A stretch of DNA of 32,000 bases from Erysipelotrichaceae bacterium MTC7 (GTDB taxonomy: Bacteria > Bacillota_I > Bacilli_A > Erysipelotrichales > Erysipelotrichaceae), in the NCBI GenBank assembly GCA_001695645.1, contig LVZN01000084.1, positions 30,001 through 62,000 on the forward strand, in the 5' to 3' direction. This document shows, piece by piece, positions 7,957 to 16,943 of this stretch. The position numbers and the translations under genes were made by a program. Numbering within the stretch: position 1 is the first letter of the stretch; every line of letters starts with the position of its first letter. The notes below the pieces were generated by a model, which had not been told where the DNA came from, did no database searches, and saw only the letters and a list, made by a program, of their open reading frames with translations.

Positions 7957-8117
7957 AACTTGGTTTGTTACACAATAGATATAACTTATTTTGTGGCGCT
8001 ACGGCTAGGAATGATAATGCATGGTCCGATTGATTTAAAGATTCGCACACAAATGACACAAAACGCATAATTGTATTCTGAAACATAAGGAAAATAAGGA
8101 AGTACATGCAATGCCCT

Positions 8118-8147
8118 TTGAGTTGGCAAAAGTGGCATTGCTATAAT
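8118..8147 (+). promoter_or_regulatory. Putative promoter of the surface-protein gene, embedded in an inverted repeat
   Basis: TTGAGT (8118-8123), 18-nt spacer, TATAAT (8142-8147). It is flanked and overlapped by GCAATGCC (8108-8115) and GGCATTGC (8134-8141). This implies a 5' UTR of about 155 nt. Confidence 0.4.
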
Positions 8148-8307
8148 TTGTGTAAGATAAATAGTACTGGGGATACTAACAAAAGATATGCATGCAATAA
8201 CTGTATTGCATTTCGTAATTGTTAGAACGTACGGAAAGGGGGATGAAAAAGTAGGAAAAAGAATTGTCTAGTAAGACGTAAAAAAAGTGTAATGAAAGGT
8301 AGATTGT

Positions 8308-9825
8308 ATGAAAAAAATAGTATTTGGATTTATGGCAGTGATCCTTGCATTTGTTAGTGTAAGTGCAAGTACGCCAGGTGTCTTAGCAACGGATCAAAAA
8401 TATACCGTAGATTATACAGAATATAATAAGGTAGAAGCAGATGCAAAAAACAAACTTGAAGTTGCAAGTCAAAAAGTAGTTGATGCCGAACTTGAACTTG
8501 AAGAAGTTGCAAAAGACGCAATGGATAAAGTTGAACAAAAACATATTGAAGGATATAACCAACAAGAAATCTATGAGCAAGCACACAAACTGAAAGAAGA
8601 GTGGGCTGATGCAGTTGCTACAGTTGAAAACGAGAGTGAGTTGGCAGATATTCTTGTTGCACAAGCGGAACTTGCAATGAGTGAAGCAAAACAAGTGTTA
8701 GCAGAATTACTTACTGCATATGAACAAGCAAACGACGCACATGATGCTGTTGTAAAAGTTCAACATGGAATCGTTGATGAAGCATTATCAAGGGTTGAAA
8801 CTAAAACATTAGATATTTTGCAGCAACAACAAATGTATGAAGATATGCTTGTAAAAAAAGATGAACTTACTAAAACGGTAGAAAATGCAGATATAAAAAT
8901 TGCAGAAAACAAATTAACAATTGATAAGGCAGTAGCTGCAATTGCTGAGAAAATCGAAATTTATGATACGTTTGTCAAAGATGGAGATTGGTTTGGTGCA
9001 TTTATTGCTTGGGGTGAAGTAGAGAAGGAAAAAAAGGTTCAAGGCGAAGTCATTGCGCAAGCGCAGTATGACATCAATGTAATCAAATACAAGTCTGGTC
9101 CTGCAAGAAAAGAATTAGCGACACTAACAACTGATCTTAGTGATTTAGAAAATTATTTGATGACGTTAAATGGTGAATTAGAATCACTTGAAAATGCTTA
9201 TATCGAGATTGAACGCGAAGCACAAGAAAAGATGGATGAAAGTGCAGAAGCTATAAGTATGGCCGAACAAGCATATGTACATGCATATGAATATTTCGGT
9301 ATTGTAGAAACTTCGTTAGAAGAAGCATATGCATTACAGATGAATGCTAGTGAAGATTTAGCGGTGGCAAATCAAAATTTAACACTTGCACTTGAAGCAT
9401 TTGAGTTAGCTGGAGATGCACTAGTTACAATTAGTAATGAATTAGACACAATCACAAAGATTGTGGAAGCTAATGTAGCAGATGCACAAGCACGTGTAGA
9501 AGCTGCGCAAGTGGATTACCAAGCTGCAAAAGATTACTTAGATGGAGTCATTGCTGGTGGTAAACAAGCTGCAGAAAGAAAAGACAAAGAAGATTTGGAT
9601 CAAAGCGAACATTATATTGCTGGATACGGAGCAGGTTATGATGCAATTATTATCGTATTTGAAAAAGAAGCGGTAACTGAACGTCCTACAACGGCGACAA
9701 GTGAAGCAGCAAGTCAACAACCCGCAACAGGTGATGAATCGACATTGTTTACATGGGTAGGCTTATTAGGGATGTCTGCATTTGCCTTATTCTATGTAGG
9801 GAAAAAGAAATACGCAAAAATTTAA
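8308..9825 (+). CDS. Secreted, cell-wall-anchored coiled-coil surface protein (LPXTG-like sorting signal QPATG)
   Basis: 505 aa. Signal peptide MKKIVFGFMAVILAFVSVSASTPGVLA. About 420 aa are E/A/K/Q/L-rich helical sequence. A Pro/Thr/Ser linker (TERPTTATSEAASQQ) follows. The C-terminus is PATGDES plus the hydrophobic segment TLFTWVGLLGMSAFALFYVG plus the basic tail KKKYAKI. Confidence 0.75.
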   Translation: MKKIVFGFMAVILAFVSVSASTPGVLATDQKYTVDYTEYNKVEADAKNKLEVASQKVVDAELELEEVAKDAMDKVEQKHIEGYNQQEIYEQAHKLKEEWADAVATVENESELADILVAQAELAMSEAKQVLAELLTAYEQANDAHDAVVKVQHGIVDEALSRVETKTLDILQQQQMYEDMLVKKDELTKTVENADIKIAENKLTIDKAVAAIAEKIEIYDTFVKDGDWFGAFIAWGEVEKEKKVQGEVIAQAQYDINVIKYKSGPARKELATLTTDLSDLENYLMTLNGELESLENAYIEIEREAQEKMDESAEAISMAEQAYVHAYEYFGIVETSLEEAYALQMNASEDLAVANQNLTLALEAFELAGDALVTISNELDTITKIVEANVADAQARVEAAQVDYQAAKDYLDGVIAGGKQAAERKDKEDLDQSEHYIAGYGAGYDAIIIVFEKEAVTERPTTATSEAASQQPATGDESTLFTWVGLLGMSAFALFYVGKKKYAKI

Positions 9826-9881
9826 TAAACGAAAACTTAAGGAAGTGAAACAAGCTAGTCACACTTTCAAATAGTGGGAAT

Positions 9882-9932
9882 AAAGCTGTGAAGGAAACTC
9901 ATAAACGCGAGTGTACGAACACAGCTTTTTTT
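9882..9932 (+). terminator. Probable rho-independent terminator after the surface-protein gene
   Basis: AAAGCTGTG (9882-9890) pairs with CACAGCTTT (9920-9928) and is followed by T-run to 9932. The long interior has minor internal pairing (ACTC/GAGT). Confidence 0.55.
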
Positions 9933-10049
9933 GATGTTACATAGAGTGGTAAAGTTGCAAAAGAAAAAGATCTGAAATGTAGAAGACAAAGATAAAAAAA
10001 TAGCAAAATAGGGGGTCAAAAAGATTCGAAAAAATAATCAATAAAATGC

Positions 10050-10078
10050 TTGCAAACCCAGTATTATAGGGTTATAAT
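10050..10078 (+). promoter_or_regulatory. Strong sigma-A promoter of the S10 cluster
   Basis: TTGCAA (10050-10055), 17-nt spacer, TATAAT (10073-10078). It is preceded by a very A-rich, UP-element-like region (9990-10049). Confidence 0.7.
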
Positions 10079-10201
10079 ACTAGACGTGACCGCAATGAAG
10101 TGCGAGGTTGCTGACACACCGATACCCGTTGTCATGAGGTGGTGTGTTGGGGAATTTGCATGGAGCGAGTCTATAGTTCATATAGATGAAAGGAGAACAT
10201 C
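10079..10201 (+). promoter_or_regulatory. Structured 5' leader of the S10 operon
   Basis: About 120-nt untranslated leader with three hairpins: CGCA-atgaag-TGCG, ACACACC...GGTGTGT (7 bp, about 10113-10148), and CTATA-gttca-TATAG immediately before the AAAGGAG SD. Confidence 0.45.
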
Positions 10202-10513
10202 ATGGCAAAAAACAGTGTACGTATTAGACTAAAAGCGTATGAACACAGAATCTTAGATGCATCTGCAGAAAAGATCGTGAAATCAGCACAATCTCACGGT
10301 GCGAAGAAAGTCGTTGGTCCAGTTCCACTACCAACTGAAAAACAAGTGGTTACAATTTTGAGAGCGGTACATAAGTACAAAGACTCACGTGAACAATTCG
10401 AAGTTAGAACGCACAAGCGTTTGATCGAAATCGTTGGGCCAACTGCTGAAACAATTGATTCTTTACAAAGATTAGAATTGCCAAGCGGAGTGGACATCGA
10501 AATTAAATTATAG
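10202..10513 (+). CDS. rpsJ: 30S ribosomal protein S10
   Basis: 103 aa. [21 protein letters not shown]...[36 protein letters not shown] is canonical S10. Confidence 0.97.
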   Translation: MAKNSVRIRLKAYEHRILDASAEKIVKSAQSHGAKKVVGPVPLPTEKQVVTILRAVHKYKDSREQFEVRTHKRLIEIVGPTAETIDSLQRLELPSGVDIEIKL

Positions 10514-10525
10514 GAGGTGAAAACT

Positions 10526-11287
10526 ATGAAAGGTATTTTAGGACGTAAAATTGGAATGACTCAAGTTTTCACTGAAGACGGAGTTCTTATTCCGGTAACT
10601 GTAGTTGAAGCTACACCAAACGTAGTACTACAAAAGAAAACAGTGGAAAACGATGGATACGAAGCTGTACAACTAGGATTTGAAGATGTTAAAGAACAAA
10701 GAGCTACAAAAGCTAGCAAAGGACACGCTGCTAAAGTAAACGCAGCACCTAAGAAATTTGTTCGTGAATTCCGCGGAAGCGACATGGCAGAATTAGAACT
10801 TGGTTCTACTGTTAGCGTTTCAGTATTTGAAGCTGGAGACATCGTTGATGTAACTGGTACTTCAAAAGGTAAAGGGTTCATGGGAACAATCGTTCGTAAC
10901 AACGCAAAAATCGGTCCAAAATCTCACGGTTCTGGACACCACCGTCACATCGGTTCATTGGCAACTGGAGGGATTACATCTCGTAAAGGGAAAATCGACA
11001 AAGGTACAGTCATGGCTGGTCAAGAAGGTGGATACAAAACAACAAACCAAAACTTGGAAATTATCGAAGTTAATGAAGCAGGTAACTACCTATTAATTAA
11101 AGGTAACGTACCTGGACCTAAAAAAGGGTTTGTTATGGTAAAATCTGCAATTAAGAAAGACAAAACAGAAGCGAAAACTTTAATTTCTTACGAACTTGAA
11201 GAAGCGATGGAAGAAGTTAAAGCTGACGAAGTAGTAGAAGCACAAGATGTTGCTGAAGCTGCTGCTACTGATGTGGAAGGAGCGTAA
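10526..11287 (+). CDS. rplC: 50S ribosomal protein L3 (with about 42-aa acidic C-terminal extension)
   Basis: [19 protein letters not shown]... is the canonical L3 N-terminus. ATG at 10526 lies 8 nt after the AGGAGG SD (the ORF-track GTG at 10517 is inside the SD). Confidence 0.95.
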   Translation: MKGILGRKIGMTQVFTEDGVLIPVTVVEATPNVVLQKKTVENDGYEAVQLGFEDVKEQRATKASKGHAAKVNAAPKKFVREFRGSDMAELELGSTVSVSVFEAGDIVDVTGTSKGKGFMGTIVRNNAKIGPKSHGSGHHRHIGSLATGGITSRKGKIDKGTVMAGQEGGYKTTNQNLEIIEVNEAGNYLLIKGNVPGPKKGFVMVKSAIKKDKTEAKTLISYELEEAMEEVKADEVVEAQDVAEAAATDVEGA

Positions 11288-11289
11288 CA

Positions 11290-11919
11290 ATGGCACAGGT
11301 TAATGTAATCAACCAAAAAGGTGATAAAGTTAAAGACATCACATTAAACGATGCAATCTTTGGTATCGAACCAAACCAACAAGTAATCTTCGACGCAATC
11401 GTTATGCAACAAGCAAGCAAACGTCAAGGAACTGCTGACACGAAAAACCGTACGGAAGTTCGTGGTGGTGGACGTAAACCATGGCGTCAAAAAGGTACTG
11501 GACGTGCTCGTCAAGGATCTATCCGCTCTCCACAATGGAGAGGTGGAGGGATTGTATTCGGTCCAACACCAAGAAGTTACAAATATAACTTAAACAAAAA
11601 AGTTAGACGTTTAGCTTTAAAATCAGTATTATCTGAAAAAGCAATCGAAAAAGAAATTATCGTAGTTGATAAATTCGAATTAGCTGCTCCAAAAACTAAA
11701 GATTTCAAAGAAATCATTACAAACATTGGTGCAGGAAGAAAAACATTATTCGTCGTTGATAGCGAAGAAGACTATGAAAATGCATTCTTATCATTACGTA
11801 ACATTGACTCAATGAGTATGTTACTTGCTGATGGAATCAACGTTTACGACATCGTAAATGCAAACAAATTAGTATTCACAGAAGCTGCAATGAAAAAGGT
11901 TGAGGAGGTGCTTGGATAA
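11290..11919 (+). CDS. rplD: 50S ribosomal protein L4
   Basis: 209 aa. [30 protein letters not shown] is the L4 hallmark. Synteny supports the call. Confidence 0.97.
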   Translation: MAQVNVINQKGDKVKDITLNDAIFGIEPNQQVIFDAIVMQQASKRQGTADTKNRTEVRGGGRKPWRQKGTGRARQGSIRSPQWRGGGIVFGPTPRSYKYNLNKKVRRLALKSVLSEKAIEKEIIVVDKFELAAPKTKDFKEIITNIGAGRKTLFVVDSEEDYENAFLSLRNIDSMSMLLADGINVYDIVNANKLVFTEAAMKKVEEVLG

Positions 11920-12209
11920 TGAATAACGCAAGAGATATTATTGTACGTCCAATCATCACTGAAAAATCAATGAGATTAATGGATGCAGAAAACAAAATCA
12001 CATTCGAAGTTGCAAAAACTGCAAACAAGACTGCTGTTAAACAAGCAATCGAAGAAATTTTCAACGTTGATGTTGTTAAAGTTAACATCATGAACGTAAG
12101 ACCTAAAGCAAAACGTATGGGTAAATACGAAGGAACTACAAAAGCGATTCGTAAAGCTATCGTAACGATTAAAGAAGGTCAAGAAATTAACTTATTCTCT
12201 GCTGAATAA
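11919..12209 (+). CDS. rplW: 50S ribosomal protein L23
   Basis: 96 aa. [12 protein letters not shown]...[25 protein letters not shown]. Its start overlaps the rplD stop (TAATG). Confidence 0.95.
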   Translation: MNNARDIIVRPIITEKSMRLMDAENKITFEVAKTANKTAVKQAIEEIFNVDVVKVNIMNVRPKAKRMGKYEGTTKAIRKAIVTIKEGQEINLFSAE

Positions 12210-12265
12210 GACGAGGAGATTCACGCTATTTCTCGGTAAAAAATGCGTTAGGAGGAACATGTTAA

Positions 12266-13099
12266 ATGGGTATTAAATTTTATAAACCAACCACACCTGG
12301 TCGTCGTGGTATGACAAGTTTAACGTTCGAAGAAATTACGAAAACAACTCCAGAAAAAAGCTTAACTGAAAAGTTAGGAAAAAACTCTGGTCGTAACAAC
12401 CAAGGACGTATTACTACTCGCCACAAAGGTGGAGGTCACAAAAGACTATACAGAATTATCGATTTCAAAAGAAACAAAGATGCAATTCCAGCAACTGTTG
12501 CTGCAATTGAATACGATCCAAACCGTTCAGCTAACATCGCGTTATTAAACTACGCTGATGGTGAAAAACGCTACATCCTTGCACCAAAAGGATTGGAAGT
12601 TGGAGCGAAAGTTGAATCTGGAGCAAACGCTGACATTAAAGTTGGTAACGCGCTTCAAATGAAAGACATCCCTGAAGGGACAACCATCCACAATGTGGAA
12701 ATGAAACCTGGAAAAGGTGGACAACTTGCACGTAGTGCTGGATGTTCAGCACAAATCCTTGGGTTTGAAGACAAATATGTAACTTTACGTTTATCAAGTG
12801 GTGAAGTTCGTCGTGTAACTGCTGACTGCCGTGCAACAATCGGTGTTGTAGGAAACGAAGACCACAGCTTAGTAAACATTGGTAAAGCAGGTCGTTCACG
12901 CTGGAAAGGTGTTCGCCCAACCGTTCGTGGATCTGTAATGAACCCTAACGATCACCCTCATGGTGGTGGGGAAGGACGTACATCAATTGGACGTAAATCT
13001 CCAATGACACCTTGGGGTAAAAAAGCTATGGGTGTTGTTACTCGTAAAAAGAAAAATGCTTCGGACAAAATGATCGTTCGTCGTCGTAACAGTAAATAA
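12266..13099 (+). CDS. rplB: 50S ribosomal protein L2
   Basis: 277 aa. [17 protein letters not shown]...[16 protein letters not shown]...[14 protein letters not shown]. Confidence 0.98.
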   Translation: MGIKFYKPTTPGRRGMTSLTFEEITKTTPEKSLTEKLGKNSGRNNQGRITTRHKGGGHKRLYRIIDFKRNKDAIPATVAAIEYDPNRSANIALLNYADGEKRYILAPKGLEVGAKVESGANADIKVGNALQMKDIPEGTTIHNVEMKPGKGGQLARSAGCSAQILGFEDKYVTLRLSSGEVRRVTADCRATIGVVGNEDHSLVNIGKAGRSRWKGVRPTVRGSVMNPNDHPHGGGEGRTSIGRKSPMTPWGKKAMGVVTRKKKNASDKMIVRRRNSK

Positions 13100-13120
13100 G
13101 GCAAAGGAGGAACATGTTAA

Positions 13121-13393
13121 ATGAGTCGTAGTCTTAAAAAAGGACCATTCTGTGATGATCACTTAATGAAAAAAGTGGAAGCAGTTAACGCGTCTGGAAA
13201 AAAAGAAGTAATTAAAACTTGGTCTCGTAGATCAACAATCTTTCCACAATTCGTGGAACACACTTTTGCCGTTTACAATGGTAAAGAACACTTACCAGTT
13301 TATGTTACAGAAGACATGGTAGGTCATAAATTAGGTGAATTCGTGCCAACGAGAAAATACTCTGGACACGGAAGCGATAAGAAAACGAAATAG
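13121..13393 (+). CDS. rpsS: 30S ribosomal protein S19
   Basis: 90 aa. SRSLKKGPF...[42 protein letters not shown]. Confidence 0.97.
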   Translation: MSRSLKKGPFCDDHLMKKVEAVNASGKKEVIKTWSRRSTIFPQFVEHTFAVYNGKEHLPVYVTEDMVGHKLGEFVPTRKYSGHGSDKKTK

Positions 13394-13407
13394 AGGAGGA
13401 ACTAACA

Positions 13408-13743
13408 ATGGAAGTTAAAGCAACAGCAAAAACTCTACGTATTCCACCAAGAAAAGCTAGATTAGTTTTAGATCTTATCCGTGGAAAAGATGTAGAAGAA
13501 GCAGCAGCTATCTTACGTTTTACACCAAACTTCGCTGCAGAAGCAGCTGGTAAAGTGTTAAACTCTGCCGTAGCAAACGCTGTAAACAATCACGATTTAA
13601 ATGAAGAAAAATTATATGTAAAAGCATGTTACGCTGATGAAAGTGTCACACTTAAACGTTTCATGCCACGTGCGAAAGGATCTGCAAGTGCAATCCACAA
13701 ACGTACAAGCCACATCACAGTCGTTGTGGCGGAAAGAGATTAG
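13408..13743 (+). CDS. rplV: 50S ribosomal protein L22
   Basis: 111 aa. [30 protein letters not shown]...[21 protein letters not shown]. Confidence 0.96.
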   Translation: MEVKATAKTLRIPPRKARLVLDLIRGKDVEEAAAILRFTPNFAAEAAGKVLNSAVANAVNNHDLNEEKLYVKACYADESVTLKRFMPRAKGSASAIHKRTSHITVVVAERD

Positions 13744-13753
13744 GAGGTAGCTC

Positions 13754-14566
13754 ATGGGTCAAAAAGTAAGTCCAATCGGATTACGAGTTGGTGTTATTAG
13801 AGATTGGGAATCACGTTGGTTCGCAGAAAAAGATTACGCTGACTTATTGTTAGAAGATGTTAAAATCCGTGAATATTTATTCAAAGAACTTAAGAGTGCT
13901 CAAGTCTCTAAAGTTGAAATCGAAAGAACAAAAAGCCGTGTTGATGTAATCATCAAAACTGCAATGCCAGGTATGGTAATTGGTGGTAACGGTGGTGAAA
14001 ACGTTGAAAAACTGAAAAAAGCTTTAGTTAAGCTTACAAACGGTAAAAACGTATTCATCAAAGTACTAGAAATTGCGAACCCTTATTTAGATGCAAAATT
14101 GGTAGCTCGTAACATTGCTGACCAACTTGAAAACCGTGCATCATTTAGAACTGCACAAAAACGTGCAATTCAACAAACAATGCGTGCTGGGGCAAAAGGA
14201 ATCAAAACAATGGTTTCTGGTCGTCTTGGTGGAGCTGATATGGCTCGTAGCGAAGGATACTCTGAAGGAAACGTTCCTTTACATACACTTCGTGCTGACA
14301 TCGATTACGCATGGGAAGAAGCTGCAACGACTTACGGTCGTTTAGGAGTTAAAGTTTGGATCTGCCGTGGTGAAGTATTACCAGGACAAATGGTTCAAGA
14401 ACCAGAAGCTCCAAAAGCTGACATGAGAGATCGTCGTCGTGGTGGACGTAACAACCGTGGTGGACGTAACGACAACCGTAACAACAACCGCAACCGTAAC
14501 GCACAACAAGCAAAACCAGCAACAGCAGCTGCACCTGCACCTGCTAAGACTGAAGGAGGTAATTAA
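13754..14566 (+). CDS. rpsC: 30S ribosomal protein S3 (with about 50-aa Arg/Asn/Gly-rich C-terminal extension)
   Basis: [24 protein letters not shown]... is canonical S3, with KH and S3-C domains. The tail is [45 protein letters not shown]. Confidence 0.96.
   Translation: MGQKVSPIGLRVGVIRDWESRWFAEKDYADLLLEDVKIREYLFKELKSAQVSKVEIERTKSRVDVIIKTAMPGMVIGGNGGENVEKLKKALVKLTNGKNVFIKVLEIANPYLDAKLVARNIADQLENRASFRTAQKRAIQQTMRAGAKGIKTMVSGRLGGADMARSEGYSEGNVPLHTLRADIDYAWEEAATTYGRLGVKVWICRGEVLPGQMVQEPEAPKADMRDRRRGGRNNRGGRNDNRNNNRNRNAQQAKPATAAAPAPAKTEGGN
14438..14476 (+). repeat. Short in-frame tandem repeat inside the rpsC tail
   Basis: The exact 15-nt core CGTGGTGGACGTAAC occurs at 14438-14452 and 14456-14470 (period 18 nt), encoding [13 protein letters not shown]. 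Degenerate AAC/CGT units continue to about 14500. Confidence 0.85.
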
Positions 14567-14568
14567 TT

Positions 14569-14982
14569 ATGTTAATGCCTAAAAGAACAAAATACCGTAG
14601 ACCACACCGTTTAAGCTATGAAGGTCGTGCAAAAGCAGGACGTGACATCGCATTTGGTGAATACGGATTAATGGCTGACAACGGGAACTACATCAGTAAC
14701 CGTCAAATCGAGGCTGCTCGTATTGCCATGACACGTTACATGAAACGTGGTGGTAAGGTTTGGATCAAAATCTTCCCACACTTAGCAAGAACAGCAAAAC
14801 CTCTAGAAGTACGTATGGGTTCTGGGAAAGGTGCTCCAGATAGTTGGGTAGCCGTAGTAAAAGCCGGAACAATTATGTTTGAAATCGCTGGAGTTCCTGA
14901 AGAAGTTGCACGTGAAGCATTCCGTTTAGCAGCTCACAAACTTCCAGTAAAATGTAAATTCGTTAAGAAAGGAGAAAAGTAA
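14569..14982 (+). CDS. rplP: 50S ribosomal protein L16
   Basis: 137 aa. [14 protein letters not shown]...[25 protein letters not shown]. Confidence 0.97.
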   Translation: MLMPKRTKYRRPHRLSYEGRAKAGRDIAFGEYGLMADNGNYISNRQIEAARIAMTRYMKRGGKVWIKIFPHLARTAKPLEVRMGSGKGAPDSWVAVVKAGTIMFEIAGVPEEVAREAFRLAAHKLPVKCKFVKKGEK

Positions 14983-14985
14983 ACT

Positions 14986-15183
14986 ATGTTAGCTAAAGAA
15001 ATCAGAGAAAAAAGTAATGATGAATTACTAAAAGATATCGATACACTAAAAGAAGAACTTTTCAACCTTCGCTTTCAACAAGCAACAGGAGCATTAGAAA
15101 ACTCTGCGCGTATGAAAGATATTAAGAAAACAATTGCACGTATTAAGACAGTCATGGGCGAACGCGCTCGTGCTGCAGAATAG
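14986..15183 (+). CDS. rpmC: 50S ribosomal protein L29
   Basis: 65 aa. [51 protein letters not shown]. Confidence 0.95.
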   Translation: MLAKEIREKSNDELLKDIDTLKEELFNLRFQQATGALENSARMKDIKKTIARIKTVMGERARAAE

Positions 15184-15197
15184 GAGGATGTGCTGAT

Positions 15198-15458
15198 ATG
15201 GAAAGAAACGCTCGTAAAGTACTTCGTGGTACAGTAGTGTCTGACAAAATGGACAAAACAATCACAGTTGTAGTAGAAACGAAAAAAACGCATCCTTTAT
15301 ATGGGAAACGTGTAAAATATTCAAAAAAGTTTAAAGCACATGATGCTAACAACGAAGCTAAAGTTGGAGATAAAGTACTTATTATGGAAACTCGTCCATT
15401 AAGTGCTACAAAACGTTTCCGTTTAGTTGAAATCGTTGAAAAAGCAGTCGTGTTATAG
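15198..15458 (+). CDS. rpsQ: 30S ribosomal protein S17
   Basis: 86 aa. [44 protein letters not shown]. Confidence 0.96.
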   Translation: MERNARKVLRGTVVSDKMDKTITVVVETKKTHPLYGKRVKYSKKFKAHDANNEAKVGDKVLIMETRPLSATKRFRLVEIVEKAVVL

Positions 15459-15476
15459 GTCTAGGAGGGTAATTTT

Positions 15477-15845
15477 ATGATTCAAAATGAAAGTAGATTA
15501 CGCGTAGCGGACAACACGGGTGCTAAAGAAGTTTTGGTTATTCGTAACTTAGGAGGATCAAAACGTAAATTCTCTAACATCGGTGATATCGTTGTATGTA
15601 CTGTTAAACAAGCGACTCCAGGTGGAACTGTAAAAAAAGGTGACGTTGTAAAAGCCGTTATCGTTCGTACAGTTTACGGAATCCGTAGAGAAAATGGAAC
15701 ATACATCAAGTTCGATGACAACGCCGTAGTAATTATTAAAGATGACAACACACCACGTGGTACACGTATTTTTGGACCAGTGGCTCGTGAACTGCGTGAG
15801 AAAGACTTTATGAAAATTGTGTCTTTAGCACCAGAAGTACTATAA
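15477..15845 (+). CDS. rplN: 50S ribosomal protein L14
   Basis: 122 aa. [40 protein letters not shown]. Confidence 0.98.
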   Translation: MIQNESRLRVADNTGAKEVLVIRNLGGSKRKFSNIGDIVVCTVKQATPGGTVKKGDVVKAVIVRTVYGIRRENGTYIKFDDNAVVIIKDDNTPRGTRIFGPVARELREKDFMKIVSLAPEVL

Positions 15846-15858
15846 AGGAGGTATCTTT

Positions 15859-16167
15859 GTGAAAATCAAAAAAGGTGATAAGGTTCAAGTTATTACAGGA
15901 TCTGACAAGGGTACTGTAGCTGAAGTTAAAAAAGTTTTCCCTAAAGAAAACAAAGTGATTGTTGAAGGTGTTAACATGAAGAAAAAACACTTGAAACCAA
16001 CACAAGAACAACCTGAAGGTGGAATTGCTGAATTCGAACACCCAATTCACGTTTCTAACGTAATGGCGTACGATGCAAAAGCAAAACAAGCTTCTCGTAT
16101 TCAATACAAAGAAGAAAAAGGCGAAAAAATTCGCGTTTACGCTAAAAGCGGAAAAGCAGTAAAGTAG
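15859..16167 (+). CDS. rplX: 50S ribosomal protein L24
   Basis: 102 aa with a GTG start 7 nt after the [45 protein letters not shown] (KOW motif). Confidence 0.94.
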   Translation: MKIKKGDKVQVITGSDKGTVAEVKKVFPKENKVIVEGVNMKKKHLKPTQEQPEGGIAEFEHPIHVSNVMAYDAKAKQASRIQYKEEKGEKIRVYAKSGKAVK

Positions 16168-16179
16168 GAGGAACAACTG

Positions 16180-16740
16180 ATGGAAAACAATGCATTATAT
16201 GACAAGTACATTAAAGAAGTTAGTCCTGCTTTAATGAAAAAATTTGAGTACAATTCAGCGATGGAAGTACCTAAAGTTGATAAAATCGTAATCAACATTG
16301 GACTAGGGGAAGCTGTAGCAAACCCTAAAGTGTTAGATGAAGCAGTAGCTGAGTTAACACAAATTACTGGTTTAAAACCAGTGGTTACAAAAGCAAAAAA
16401 ATCAATTGCCAACTATAAATTAAGAGAAGGTATGCCAATTGGTGCAAAAGTTACTTTACGTGGAGACAAGATGTATGACTTCTTATACAAATTAGTTAAC
16501 CTTACACTTCCTCGTGTACGTGACTTCCGTGGAGTATCTACATCTGCATTTGACGGACGTGGAAACTACACACTTGGGATCAAAGAACAAATTATCTTCC
16601 CAGAAATCAACTATGATAAAGTAAACAAACTTCGTGGTATGGATGTTGTAATTGTTACAACTGCTAAAACTAACGAAGAAGCAAAAGAATTATTAACTGA
16701 AATGGGAATGCCTTTCAGAAAACAAGGAGGACAACACTAA
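16180..16740 (+). CDS. rplE: 50S ribosomal protein L5
   Basis: 186 aa. [39 protein letters not shown]...[21 protein letters not shown]. Confidence 0.97.
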   Translation: MENNALYDKYIKEVSPALMKKFEYNSAMEVPKVDKIVINIGLGEAVANPKVLDEAVAELTQITGLKPVVTKAKKSIANYKLREGMPIGAKVTLRGDKMYDFLYKLVNLTLPRVRDFRGVSTSAFDGRGNYTLGIKEQIIFPEINYDKVNKLRGMDVVIVTTAKTNEEAKELLTEMGMPFRKQGGQH

Positions 16741-16925
16741 TGGCTAAAAAAGCGATGGTTTTAAAATCACAAAAACCGCAGAAATTTAAAGTTCGTGAAT
16801 ACACACGTTGTGAACGTTGTGGACGTCCTCACTCAGTATTAAGAAAATATAAATTATGTCGTATTTGCTTCAGAGAATTGGCTTACAAAGGTCAAATTCC
16901 TGGTGTAAAGAAGGCTAGTTGGTAA
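16740..16925 (+). CDS. rpsN: 30S ribosomal protein S14, zinc-binding type Z
   Basis: 61 aa with CERCGRP...CRIC (CxxC-x12-CxxC). Its start overlaps the rplE stop (TAATG). Confidence 0.96.
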   Translation: MAKKAMVLKSQKPQKFKVREYTRCERCGRPHSVLRKYKLCRICFRELAYKGQIPGVKKASW

Positions 16926-16943
16926 GAAGGAGGAATAGTTATT

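Noticed and set aside
10050-10232. A 60-aa ORF covering the S10 promoter and leader.
   Set aside because: It starts at the -35 hexamer (TTG) and runs out of frame into rpsJ. It is an artefact of an untranslated leader.
12210-12265. The hairpin CGAGGAG...TTTCTCG in the rplW-rplB spacer, considered as a possible internal terminator.
   Set aside because: It is followed by GTAAAAAATG rather than a T-run and needs two G-U pairs. At most it is a local mRNA structure inside a co-transcribed cluster.
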